A DNA stretch of 64,000 bases from an uncultured Chloroflexia bacterium (GTDB lineage Bacteria; Chloroflexota; Limnocylindria; Limnocylindrales; CSP1-4): assembly GCA_963789865.1 (NCBI GenBank), contig CAWBMD010000001.1, positions 129,095 to 193,094 of the forward strand, read 5' to 3'. The notes under the pieces are model-generated. The model worked only from the letters and a program-made list of their open reading frames with translations, was not told the origin of the DNA and ran no database searches. A program made the translations under genes and the position numbers. Positions 41,724 to 52,685 of this stretch are shown here, piece by piece; positions within the stretch are counted from its first letter, which is position 1, and each line of letters opens with the position of its first letter.

Positions 41724-43368
41724 GTGACCGACGTCCATCCGCTCCCCGAACGATCCCCCGTCCACGGACCGCGCGACCTCGTCGTGCTGACCGGCGCCGA
41801 CATGTCGGTGGCGGACGTGGAGGCCGTCGCCCGCGCCGGCGCGCACGCCACCCTGGACGATGCCGCCCGGGGCGGATGCAGGAGGCACGCGACGTCGTCG
41901 AGACGCTCGTGCGCGCGGGGCGAGGTCGTCTACGGGGTCACGACCGGGTTCGGCGACCTGGCGACCACGTTCATCCCGCCCGCGGACGCGGAGCGGCTGC
42001 AGGAGAACCTGCTGGCGTCGCACGCGGCCGGCGTCGGGCGCCCGTTCCCGCGCGAGGTGGTCCGGGCGATGCTCCTGCTTCGCGCGAACACGCTCGCCCT
42101 CGGCCATTCCGGCTGCCGGCCCGTGCTCGTGGACCGGATCTGCGAGTTCCTCGAGAAGGGCATCCACCCGGTCGTGCCGGAGCAGGGGAGCGTCGGCGCG
42201 TCCGGGGACCTGGCGCCGCTCGCGCACCTCGCGCTGCCGCTCATCGGGCGCGGGCAGGTGGAGCTGGACGGGCAGATGATGCCCGCGCTGGTGGCGCTCC
42301 GGGAGTTCGGCCTGGAGCCCCTGGTGCTGCAGGCGAAGGAGGGCCTGGCGCTCCTCAACGGGACCCAGCTGATGAGCGCACTCGGCGCGCTGCTCGCTGG
42401 CCGATGCGGATCGCCTGACGCGGACGGCGTCGGTGGCGGCGGCGATGTCCCTGGAGGCGCTGCTGGGGACGGAGGTCGCATACGCGGCGCCGTACCAGCT
42501 GGCGAGGCCGCACCCCGGGCCAGGTCATGGTGGCGGCGGAGCTGCGATACCTGCTGCGCGATTCCGGTCTCCAGACGGCCCACCACGGCAGCGCCCACAA
42601 GGTCCAGGACCCGTACTCGCTGCGCTGCGTGCCGCAGGTCCACGGGGCCGTGCGGGACGCGCTGGACCACCTCCGCCGCGTGCTGGACGTGGAGCTCAAC
42701 TCCGCCACGGACAACCCACTGGTCTTCCCGTCGGGCGGCGAGGTGCCCACCGATGCGCTTGCGACCGGTGGCGGCCTCGTGATCAGCGGCGGCAACTTCC
42801 ACGGCGAGCCGATCGCGCTGGCGCTCGACTTCGCGAAGCTCGCGCTCTCGGAGCTGGGCGCGATCTCCGAGCGGCGGACGGCGCTGCTGATGGACCCGCG
42901 GCTCAACGGCGGGCTGCCGGCGTTCCTGACCCCGGAGCCCGGCCTCAACAGCGGCCTGATGATCGCGCAGTACACGGCCGCGGCCCTCGCGTCGGAGAAC
43001 AAGGTCCTGGCCCACCCGTCCTCGGCGGACTCGATCCCGACGTCCGCGAACCAGGAGGACCACGTGTCGATGGGCGCCTCGGCGGCACGCCACGCCCGGA
43101 CGGTCCTGGGGCACGTCCAGCAGATCGTCGCGATCGAGCTGCTGTGTGCCGCGCAGGCGCTCGACCTGCGGCTCGCGGCGCTGGCCGCGGTGGGCGAGGC
43201 CGGGCGACGAGCCCGCAACCTGGCGCCGGCGTGCGTCGAGGCGCTGCGGACGGATCCGCGAGCGGGTGACGCCGCTGCTCGACGACCGTGAGCCCGGCCC
43301 GGACCTGGCGGCGACGCTGGCGATCGTCCACGAGGGTCTGCTGGCGGACCTCGTCGTCCACGGGCTGA
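41724..43368 (+). CDS. hutH: Histidine ammonia-lyase (frameshifted; end approximate)
   Basis: [22 protein letters not shown] (MIO-forming ASG), [23 protein letters not shown]. Confidence 0.94.
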
Positions 43369-43419
43369 CGTCCGCTCCGGCCGGTCGCGCTCCCGCGTCG
43401 CTGCGGCCGATAGACTCCG

Positions 43420-44189
43420 GTGATGGGCATCCGAATCCTCGACGTGACCGACGAGGCCGGGCTTCGCGCTCGTGCCCCCGTGCGCGGACGCCGGGTTCGA
43501 CCACCGGTCCTGCAACTACTGGGAGGACGCGGACCACGGCTCGAAGGCCGCGCGCGCCTCCTGGCTGGGCCCGTCGCCGGCACCTGCTCCTGCCCGGACG
43601 AGGCCGCGGAACCCGTTCGCGCTGGACGATGACGACGAGCCGGTGGTGAACCCGTTCGCTGCCGGCCGCCGGCCGGTCCGTGGCCAACCCGTTCCTGGAC
43701 CGCGACGACGAGCCCGCCGAGAACCCGTTCGCGCCCCGGCCGCCGGCCCGGCCCACCGTGGCCGCGGACGCGCCCCCCAAGCTCCGGCTCCTCGCCCGCG
43801 GCCTCGCCGTGTTCGGGTCGTATGCCAAGGTGCTGGAGGAGGACGGGGTCCCGGCGGCCTACGTCCAGTTCGGGCCGCTGTCCGCGTACCCGCGGGCGCT
43901 GCGGACCCGCGAGCTGTACCCGAGGCTGCCCGTGTCGCCGCTCCCCGCGGTGATCACCTGCATCTCGACCACCGCCGAGGGGCGAGGACGCGGCCACGCG
44001 GCCACGCTGGTCGCGGCCGTCTGCGACGACCTCGCGGCCCGGGGCTTCGCCGCCGTCGAGGTCTACCCGGAGGTCGGGGCCCGCCTCGAGGCGACCAGCG
44101 CCGCGCGACCCGGGTTCTGGGAGCGGCTCGGGTTCCACGTCGCCGCGCCCGACGACCGCTTCCCGGTCCTGCGCCGGGAGCTCGCGTGA
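43420..44189 (+). CDS. GNAT-family acetyltransferase-like protein with an NPF-repeat insertion (frameshifted)
   Basis: YVQFGP, VITCI, RGRGHA, VEVYP, FWERLGF. Confidence 0.7.
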
Positions 44190-44884
44190 GGCTCCGCGGC
44201 GCGCGGTCGCGCGTGCCGCGATCGTCGTCGACCGGCCCTCGTCGCTCACAGGCTGCGGCAAGGCCGAGGTCTCGCTCTCGCCCGCCACCGCCACCCCGAC
44301 CAGCCGCCGCCGCCGGTCCGTCCGCCCGGCGCCCGCCGCCACCGCGAGTCCCGCCGCATCGGCGACGGCGGCCCAGGCGCGTCCACCGCGCCGCCGCGTC
44401 CATCCTCCGGACTGCCATCGGCGGCCCCGGGCGACGGACGTCGTGATGGACCCGACGCTGCTGCAGATCCTGCCCGTCGGCCATCGGGACCGCCAAGGTG
44501 GGGATCGAGCCGGACTCGTTCTCCGAGGCGGTCCGGGACCCCTCGTTCGTGGCCAGCGTGGACTCGGCCGCGTTCGCGGTCGTGACGGAGCGGCCAGGAC
44601 CTGGCGTCCGGCGTCGTGGCGCACCTGCGGCCGGACGTGTACTCGGACGCGTTCTTCCGGGACTGGCGCGACTCGTACGACGAGGGTGCCTGCGCCCAGG
44701 CCGACGGGCGTCGCGGCGCACGCCGAGGTCACGCTCGGCGGCCGGCCGGCGTTCATCACGACCTGCACCGGCGGCCTGCGCGTCTACCACGCCTACGTGC
44801 CGGAGCGCGAGGTCATCGTCTCGGTGTTCTCGCTCGGGGAGCAGCCGGTTCGGGGAGCAGCTGATCGCCGGCATCCGGCCCTGA
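44186..44884 (+). CDS. Hypothetical secreted/lipoprotein (multiple frameshifts)
   Basis: Signal-like start, Pro/Ala linker, domain with [12 protein letters not shown]. Confidence 0.5.
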
Positions 44885-44960
44885 CGGGCGTCCCGACCGC
44901 CACGTGACGGGCGTCCGCGCCTGTCCGCGCTCCTCGCATCCCCGTCGTAGACTCCGTCCC

Positions 44961-46649
44961 GTGAGCATCGAGACCCCCGGCGCCGCGCCCTCGGGCCCGC
45001 GCCCCGTCCGCGCCCCGCGCGGCACCGCCCTGTCCACCCGTGGCTGGCAGCAGGAGGCCGTGCTGCGGATGCTGATGAACAACCTGGATCCGGAGGTGGC
45101 CGAGAACCCGGACGAGCTGGTCGTCTACGGCGGCACCGGGCGCGCGGCGCGGAGCTGGCCCGCCTTCGACGCGATCGTCCGCGAGCTCCGCGCCCTCGCC
45201 GACGACGAGACGCTGCTCGTCCAGTCCGGCAAGCCGGTGGCCGTCTTCCGCACCCACGAGTGGGCGCCCCGCGTGCTCATCGCCAACTCGAACCTCGTGG
45301 GCAAGTGGGCGAACTGGGACGTCGTTCCGGGAACTCGAGCGGAAGGGCCTGATGATGTACGGCCAGATGACCGCGGGGTCCTGGATCTACATCGGGACGC
45401 AGGGGATCCTGCAGGGAACGTACGAGACGTTCGCGGAGCTCGCCCGCCAGCACTTCGGCGGGACCCTGCGCGGACGCGTGGTCCTCACGGCCGGCCTGGG
45501 CGGGATGGGCGGCGCCCAGCCGCTGTCCGTGACGATGAACGAGGGCGTCTGCATCGCGATCGAGGTGGACGAGACACGGGCGCGCCGCCGCCACGAGATC
45601 GGCTACGTGGACCGGTTCACGCACTCGCCGCAGGAGGCGCTGGCGATGGCACGCCAGGCGGCGGCCGCCGGCGATGCCGCTCTCGATCGCGCTCATCGGC
45701 AACGCCGCGGAGATCGAGCCCGCGTGGGCGAAGGCCGGCGAGTTCTTCGACGTGGTGACGGACCAGACGTCTGCGCACGACTCGCTGGGCGGCTACGTCC
45801 CGGCCGAGCTCACGCTCCGCGACGCGCACGTCCTCCGGATCACGCAGCCGGACGTGTACATGCAACGCTCGATGCGATCGATGGCGGACCACGTCCGCGC
45901 GATCCTGGCCTTCAGGGAGGCCGGGCGCCATCGCCTTCGACTACGGCAACAACCTGCGCGCCCAGGCCCAGGAGGCGGGCGTCGCGAACGCCTTCGACTA
46001 CCCGGGGTTCGTGCCGGCCTACATCCGGCCGCAGTTCTGCGAGGGTCGCGGGCCGTTCCGCTGGGTCGCGCTGTCCGGGGACCCGGCGGACATCCGGCGC
46101 ACGGACCGGGCGATGCTGGAGCTGTTTCCCCACGACCGCGGCCTGCGCCGGTGGCTGGAGCTGGCTGAGGCCAAGGTCCCGTTCCAGGGGCTCCCCGCCC
46201 GGATCTGCTGGCTGGGCTACGGCGAGCGCGCGAAGGCCGGCCTCCGGTTCAACGACATGGTCGCGTCCGGCGAGGTGTCCGCGCCGATCGTCATCGGGCG
46301 AGACCACCTGGACGCGGGTTCGGTGGCGTCCCCCAACCGCGAGACGGAGGCGATGCTCGACGGATCCGACGCCATCGCCGACTGGCCCCTGCTGAACGCT
46401 CTTGTCAACACCGCGGCGGGCGCGACCTGGGTGTCGATCCACCACGGCGGCGGCACGGGCATCGGGTATTCGCAGCACGCCGGGATGGTCGTGGTCGCGG
46501 ACGGCACCGAGCTGGCGGCGCGCAAGCTCGAACGGGTGCTGACCTCGGATCCGGGGATGGGCGTCGTCCGGCACGTCGACGCGGGCTACGAGCACGCGAT
46601 CGAGGTGGCCCGGGAGCGCGGCGTCCACATCCCGATGCTGGACGGGTAG
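44961..46649 (+). CDS. hutU: Urocanate hydratase (frameshifted)
   Basis: [52 protein letters not shown]. Confidence 0.96.
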
Positions 46650-46844
46650 ACCTCTCCCGCCGGCCACCCACGCCTGGGTACGTCCGCGCGTCTCGATCCT
46701 GCTGGGTGCTCCCGTCGATCACGTTCCCGTCGATGCCGGATGCGAGCCTCGTCACCCGCGCACCCACCCATGGAGCGAGTGGCACCCGCCGACATGCCCA
46801 GGTCCCGGTCGTCCGGGGCGAGCACAGGCACCGACCCGGTCCCT

Positions 46845-46875
46845 GGACGGCCCGAGGACGGCCCGAGGACGGCCA
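46845..46875. repeat. Short tandem repeat (~3 x 11 bp GGACGGCCCGA)
   Basis: Seen directly in the intergenic gap. Confidence 0.7.
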
Positions 46876-47191
46876 GGACATGGTCCCCACTCGCCAGGAG
46901 GGTGCTCGCGCATCCCGGGGGAGCGTGGTCCTGCTCCTGCACCCATCCCAGGAGTGTTTGGGCAGCCCGGGGAGTGTTCCCGCCGACGAGGACTCCCCTG
47001 ACGGGTGTCTGCGCATCTGGGCCGACAGAGGCACCGCTTGCACTCGCGGCGCGAGTGAGTGGGGAGTTGCGGACGGATACGGACGGGCTCGATCACGCCG
47101 AGCCGCCGACACACCGCCTCGAATCGCGCCGAGGCCCCGGGCCGTGCGTCACGCCCGCGATCGGGCTCGCGTCCCAGGTCGCGCCCGCTCG

Positions 47192-48489
47192 TCAGCCCGC
47201 GCCGCCGTCCGCCGCCATCTCGCCCGCGACCTGCTCGGGCATCACCCGGATGTAGCGCACGGGCGACAGCAGGGGGAAGAGCACCGGTGTGAGGCCCAGG
47301 ATCGCGCCGATCCAGATCGCCTGGTGGACCCCGATCACCGTCGCCAGGACGCCGCCGATGATGCTGCCGATCGGCATGGTGCCCCACACGAGGAAGCGGA
47401 TCGTCGCGTTCATCCGGCCCTGCATCCGCGGCGGGCAGATCGCCTGCCGGTAGCTGACCTGGTTGATGTTGTAGGCCATCTGGCTGAACCCGCCGAGGAT
47501 GCCGCCGGCCACGAGGAACGGAATCGGCATTGCGGCGGGCGCAACCGCGATGAACAGCGGGCTGAGGCTGCCGAGGGCAAGGGTGCCGATGATCGTCGGA
47601 CCCACCCCGAACCGCGCGGCAATCCTGTTCGCCGTCAGCGCGCCCACGAGCGCCCCGATGTTGCCGATCGCGAACACGACGCCGATCGTCGCGGGGCTGA
47701 GCCCGAGGTAGGCCGAATCGGCGAGATAGACGATCGCCGTGGCGAACGCGATCGAGTTGAACAGGTTCGAGGTCGCGGTGCCGCCGGCGATCGCGCGCAG
47801 CGACCGGTTGTGGAGGACGAACCCGAGACCCGCGCGGATGTCGCTCCAGATCGACGGGCGCCGCTCGTCCGACGCGTATCGGCGGGGTGGATGACCGGCG
47901 GTTCAGGTCGCCGGATGAGAAACACGAAGAACGCCGACACGACGAACGATGCCGCGTCGAGGAGGATCGCGACCGGCGCCGTCAGGGCCCCCACGAGGAA
48001 GCCGGCGATGCCCGGGCCGGCGATCTGGGCCGCCGACTGGCTGACCTGGAGCTTGGAGTTGCCCTCGACCAGCTCATCGTGCTCGATGATCGACGGCAGG
48101 TAGCTCTGGTTCGAGACGTCGAAGAAGACGGTGAGGACCCCGGTGACGAAGCCGACCACGTACAGCTGCCAGATGGTGAGGGCGCCGAACGCGTACGCGA
48201 GCGGGATCGTCGCCAGTGCGGCGGCCCGGCCGAGGTCCCCGGTGATCATGATCGGCCGCCGCCGCAGGCGGTCCACCCACGCCCCGGCCGGCAGCGTGAA
48301 CAGGATGAACGGCAGCATCTCGATCGTGCCGAGGAGCGCGACGTCGAACGGCGAGACCTCGAGCGTCAGGACCGCGATCAGGGGGATCGCGAGCGCGCTG
48401 ATCTGGCTGCCGAAGACCGAGACGGTCTCCGCCGTCCACAGCTTGAGGAAATCGGGGTGGCGAAGGAGGCTGCGACTCGGTCCTCTCAT
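47192..48489 (-). CDS. MFS transporter (frameshifted)
   Basis: DFLKLWTAETVSVFG, AGAWVDRLRRR, RQAICPPRMQGR. Confidence 0.9.
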
Positions 48490-48663
48490 GGATGATCGAG
48501 TCTACCGGCGCGGTCGGAGGTGAGGGGCGCGGATGCCCCGCGCCTGGCGGCCCACCCAGCCGGTGGGTCCGGGGCGCACGGCACCGGGCGCGACGCTGCG
48601 GCGACGGGACAGAGACCGCGCGACCGCCTGAACCTGGCCATCCCGGGCAGGTAGCATCGAGCC

Positions 48664-49638
48664 GTGCTCGTCGAAGCCGTTCCCAACATCTCCGAGGGCC
48701 GGCGCCTGGACGTGGTCGAGCGTTTGGCCGACGCCCTCACCTCGTCGCCGGGCGTCTACCTCCTGGACCGGACCTCGGACGCCAGCCACAACCGGTCCGT
48801 GTTCACCGTGGCGGGTGGGCACGAGGCGGTCGGGATCGGGCTGGAGCGGCTGGTCGCCCTGGCCATCGACGAGATCGACATGGAGGCTCACAGGGGCGAG
48901 CACCCGAGGATCGGTGCCGTGGACGTGGTCCCGTTCGTGCCCCTGGGTGACACCACGATGGACGCCTGCGTGCAGCTGGCCCGCGAGTTCGGGGCACGGA
49001 TCGCCGCCCGGTACGGCCTGCCCGTCTACCTGTACGCGCAGGCCGCCACGCGATCGGACAGGGTGAAGCTGGCGGACGTGCGCCGGGGCCAGTACGAGGG
49101 CCTCAAGGCGGAGATCGCCCAGAACGGCCGCGAGCCGGACTTCGGGCCATCGCGCATGCACCCGCGGGCCGGCGCCCTGGCCGTGGGAGCCCGCCCCTTC
49201 CTCATCGCCTGGAACATCAACCTCGATTCGGACGACGTGGAGCTGGCGAAGCGCATCGCTCGACGTGTCCGCGAGTCCGGTGGCGGCCTGCCGCGCGTCC
49301 AGGGCAACGGGTTCCGCGTCGAGGAGCCGGAGCGCGGGCACCCCGTCCGGGCCCAGGTCTCGATGAACCTGCTCGACTTCAACGTCACGCCGCTCTGGCG
49401 GGCATGGGAGGTCGTCGGCGAGCTCGCGGCCGAGGACGGCGTGACGCTCGCCGAGTCGGAGCTGATCGGCCTCGCGCCGCTGGCGGCGTTCCTGAACGTC
49501 GCTGACCATGCGGGCGCGCCGTCGGATGCCCCGATCCCCGAGCGCCTGGCGGCCGCGGCGGATGCGATCCGGCTCCGCGACTTCACGCCCCAGATGGCGC
49601 TCGAGCTCCGGCTCGCGGCCGCCCGCGACAGGGCATGA
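48664..49638 (+). CDS. ftcD: Glutamate formimidoyltransferase
   Basis: VPNISEGR, DASHNRSV, HRGEHPRIGAVDVVPF, QVSMNL. Confidence 0.92.
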   Translation: MLVEAVPNISEGRRLDVVERLADALTSSPGVYLLDRTSDASHNRSVFTVAGGHEAVGIGLERLVALAIDEIDMEAHRGEHPRIGAVDVVPFVPLGDTTMDACVQLAREFGARIAARYGLPVYLYAQAATRSDRVKLADVRRGQYEGLKAEIAQNGREPDFGPSRMHPRAGALAVGARPFLIAWNINLDSDDVELAKRIARRVRESGGGLPRVQGNGFRVEEPERGHPVRAQVSMNLLDFNVTPLWRAWEVVGELAAEDGVTLAESELIGLAPLAAFLNVADHAGAPSDAPIPERLAAAADAIRLRDFTPQMALELRLAAARDRA

Positions 49639-51002
49639 CGCTCCGCGTCATCGAGGGTGGCCGCGGTCACGCGGATGCCCCCGGCCTGTTGATCCACGGC
49701 GCATCGCAGGTCGCCACGCTGGCCGGCGGGATCCGTCGCGGGGCGGCCCAGGGAGACCTCGCCCTGCTCGACGCCACGACCTCCGGCGGCCTCGATGCCG
49801 CGGGTGCACCGGTCGTCGCCTGCTGGGAGGGCCGGATCGTCGGGGTCGGGCCGCGCGACCTCGTGGAGCGCGGGCTGGAGGCGAATGGGTACCCGCTCGC
49901 CAGGTTCGTCCGTCTCGACGCGGATGGTGGGGTGGTGACGCCGGGGCTCGTGGATCCGCACACGCACCTGCTCTTCGCCGGCAGCCGGGAGCGGGAGCTG
50001 GTCCTGCGGCAGCAGGGCGCCGGGTACATGGAGATCCTCCACGCAGGTGGCGGGATCCTGTCCACGGTCGCCGCCACCCGCGCGGCGTCCGAGGAGGACC
50101 TCGCCGCGCACGGACGGCGCTGGCTGGACGAGATGCTCCGCCACGGCGTCACGACGATCGAGGCGAAGTCGGGCTACGGCCTGGACGTGCCGACCGAGCT
50201 CCGGCTCCTCCAGGTCGCACATGTGCTCGGGGCGGAGGGACCGGTCGACGTGATCCCCACGTACCTCGGGGCGCATGCCGTCCCCGCCGAGTACCGATCC
50301 CGCCCCGACGGCACCGAGGCGTATGTGCGCAGCGTCATCGAGGAGCAGCTGCCCAGCGTGGCCGCCCAGGGCCGGGCGCGCTCGTGCGACGTCTTCTGCG
50401 AGGAGGGCGTGTTCACGGTCGACCACAGCCGGCGGATCCTCCTGGCCGCCGCCGCGTACGGCATGGCCATCCGCCTCCACGCGGACGAGCTGGTCCCGTC
50501 GGGCGGTGCCGAGCTGGCAGCTGAGCTCGGCGCGCTGTCCGCGGATCACCTCCACGTGCCCAGCGACGAGGGGTTCGCGGCGCTCGCGGAGGCGGCGCGG
50601 GGCCCGCGCCCGGTCGTGGCCACGCTGCTGCCCGCCACGACCTGGTTCCTGATGACCGACGAGGCCGCGCCTGCCCGACGGTTCATCGATGCGGGGGTCC
50701 CGGTCGCGCTCGGGACGGACTTCAATCCCGGCACGTCGCCCACGCCGAACCTGCCGCTCGTGATGACGGTCGCGTGCCTCGAGATGAGGCTCTCGCCCGC
50801 GGAGGCGCTCGCAGCCGTGACCGTGAACGCCGCGCACGCGGTGGGCATCGGCGACGAGGCCGGCTCCATCGAGCCCGGCAAGCAGGCCGATCTCGTGATC
50901 TGGCGGGCCGCGACGGTGGAACAGCTCCCCTACTGGGTGGGCGCCGATCTCGTGGACGTCGTCGTGAAGCGCGGCCGGGTCGTCCACCGCCGGGGCGACT
51001 GA
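49635..51002 (+). CDS. hutI: Imidazolonepropionase
   Basis: PGLVDPHTH, EAKSGYGL, DVFCE, LHADE, ADHL, TDFNPG. Confidence 0.94.
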   Translation: MTLRVIEGGRGHADAPGLLIHGASQVATLAGGIRRGAAQGDLALLDATTSGGLDAAGAPVVACWEGRIVGVGPRDLVERGLEANGYPLARFVRLDADGGVVTPGLVDPHTHLLFAGSRERELVLRQQGAGYMEILHAGGGILSTVAATRAASEEDLAAHGRRWLDEMLRHGVTTIEAKSGYGLDVPTELRLLQVAHVLGAEGPVDVIPTYLGAHAVPAEYRSRPDGTEAYVRSVIEEQLPSVAAQGRARSCDVFCEEGVFTVDHSRRILLAAAAYGMAIRLHADELVPSGGAELAAELGALSADHLHVPSDEGFAALAEAARGPRPVVATLLPATTWFLMTDEAAPARRFIDAGVPVALGTDFNPGTSPTPNLPLVMTVACLEMRLSPAEALAAVTVNAAHAVGIGDEAGSIEPGKQADLVIWRAATVEQLPYWVGADLVDVVVKRGRVVHRRGD

Positions 51003-51064
51003 GCTCCCGTCCGCCGTACGCCCTCGAGGCGTTGTCCGATCGATCCTCCTCGAGCCTGCCCGGC

Positions 51065-51730
51065 CTACCCGACCAGGGCCACCACCAGCAGCAGCTGGCC
51101 GACGTGGTAGGTGACCAGCACCGCCACCCGGAGCGTTGCGGGGCCCCTGGGCGACGCGGGCGACGGTCCACCGAACCTGCCCCAGGCGAGCATCGCGTCG
51201 GAGGCGACGAACAGCCATGCACCGATGATCGCCGCCGGCAGGCCCGTGCGGGTTGCAGCGACCGCCATGCCGCAGATCGCGACGAGGTACGCGCCGACCG
51301 GCGCCCCGAGCCCGTCCCGGCGTGCCGCGGCGACCAGCACCCGGCCCACGGTCGCGACGACAACGGCCGCGATCACGACCCCCGCGAGGAACCAGGGGAA
51401 CGTCCCGGGCAGCTGGGTGAACGCGACCAGGTAGGCCAGGTGAGCGAGGAGGAACGCGACCAGCCCCGCGATGAACCGCCCGGGCGGCAGCAGCAGCACG
51501 TCGCCGGCGAGGGACGCCGCCAATGCCGCGATCAGCCAGGGCCGCACCGCTGCACCCTCGCCCGTGCCCACGGGCCAGACAACCGCCGCGGCGAGCAGCG
51601 CCACGAGCACCAGCGGCTTCGCGACCCGCTCGACTGCCAGGGAGCGCCGTCCCTCCAGCCCGACCGCGATCCAGTCGACGACGGCCGCGCCCACCGCGAC
51701 CGCGAGCAGCGCCCCGACGAGCGGCGTCAC
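51065..51730 (-). CDS. YhhN/lysoplasmalogenase-family membrane protein
   Basis: AKPL, SLAGDVLL, FLLAHLAY, FVASD. Confidence 0.85.
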   Translation of the reverse strand: MTPLVGALLAVAVGAAVVDWIAVGLEGRRSLAVERVAKPLVLVALLAAAVVWPVGTGEGAAVRPWLIAALAASLAGDVLLLPPGRFIAGLVAFLLAHLAYLVAFTQLPGTFPWFLAGVVIAAVVVATVGRVLVAAARRDGLGAPVGAYLVAICGMAVAATRTGLPAAIIGAWLFVASDAMLAWGRFGGPSPASPRGPATLRVAVLVTYHVGQLLLVVALVG

Positions 51731-51734
51731 CCGT

Positions 51735-52406
51735 TCAGGCCTTGCCGCGCGACTCCAGGACGACGGTCGTCGTGTCCGACGGCAGGCTCGACACCGTGAT
51801 CGACAGCTTCTGCTGGACCGTGGGCTCCGCGCCCATCTCGTGCAGGAACCTCTTCAGCGCGTCCTCGCAGTCCGCCTCCTCCTCGCAGACCGGCATCGGC
51901 ACGACGATCTTCGGGTCCAGCTGGGCGACCAGGGCCGCCGCCGTGGTCGCCGAGAGCGCGCCGCCGATGGGGACGCAGACGATGTCGACGGGGCCGACAT
52001 CGCCGAGCTTCTCCTGGGTCAGCTCGTGGCCGATGTCGCCGAGATGGATCGTGTGGATCCCGTCCAGCTCCGTGACGAACGCCGTCTGGCGGCCTCGCTC
52101 CGCGCCGCGCACGGAATCCCGGTAGGTCCGGACCCCGGTGACGAGGGCGTCGTGGACCTCGTACTCGCCCGGACCGTCCAGCACGAAGGCCGACTCCAGG
52201 CTCGTGGGGATGGCGGTGCCGCCGTCCCGCGAGAGCTTGCCCGTCCTCCTGCCGGCCGGGCTGTCGTCGGGGTGGCTGAACGTGACGACGTCCCCGGTGA
52301 TCCCGCGGCCGGTCGGCCCGACGATGGCGGGATAGGGGTCATTCACGACGACGGCGTCCTTGCCGCGCAGCCGGATGCAGGTTCTTCCGTACCAGGTGAG
52401 CTCCAT
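51735..52406 (-). CDS. MBL-fold metallo-hydrolase
   Basis: MELTWYG, NDPY, DGPGEYEV, HLGDIG, IVVPM. Confidence 0.82.
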   Translation of the reverse strand: MELTWYGRTCIRLRGKDAVVVNDPYPAIVGPTGRGITGDVVTFSHPDDSPAGRRTGKLSRDGGTAIPTSLESAFVLDGPGEYEVHDALVTGVRTYRDSVRGAERGRQTAFVTELDGIHTIHLGDIGHELTQEKLGDVGPVDIVCVPIGGALSATTAAALVAQLDPKIVVPMPVCEEEADCEDALKRFLHEMGAEPTVQQKLSITVSSLPSDTTTVVLESRGKA

Positions 52407-52480
52407 GCCCCGATTCTCGCACAGGCCGCTGCTCCGCGGCCCACCTGCCCGCGCCGAGTCCGAGACCGGGGAGATTGCGG

Positions 52481-52565
52481 GAAAAGAGAAGGACCGGAGA
52501 CGCCTGCCCAATCGGCGCCCCCGGTCCCGAGGGAGGGAGGATGGAACGTGAGGGGTGTTCCGAGA
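52481..52565 (-). ncRNA. Candidate ~80-nt sRNA or attenuated leader
   Basis: TACCTT -10-like element; GGAAC/GTTCC hairpin with a CCCCUC loop; CCUCCCUCCCU; 14-bp stem needing two G-U pairs on the minus strand; TTCTCTTTT tail. Confidence 0.5.
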
Positions 52566-52685
52566 TGAAGGTAGATCGCGGCGGATTCAGCGGTGAGTCG
52601 CCTAACGGTTAAGAAACGCACATCTCGGGCCCGGAACCGGGCGGTTGGCAGGGTCTGTCCGCACGGCATGGCAATATCCACCGTC

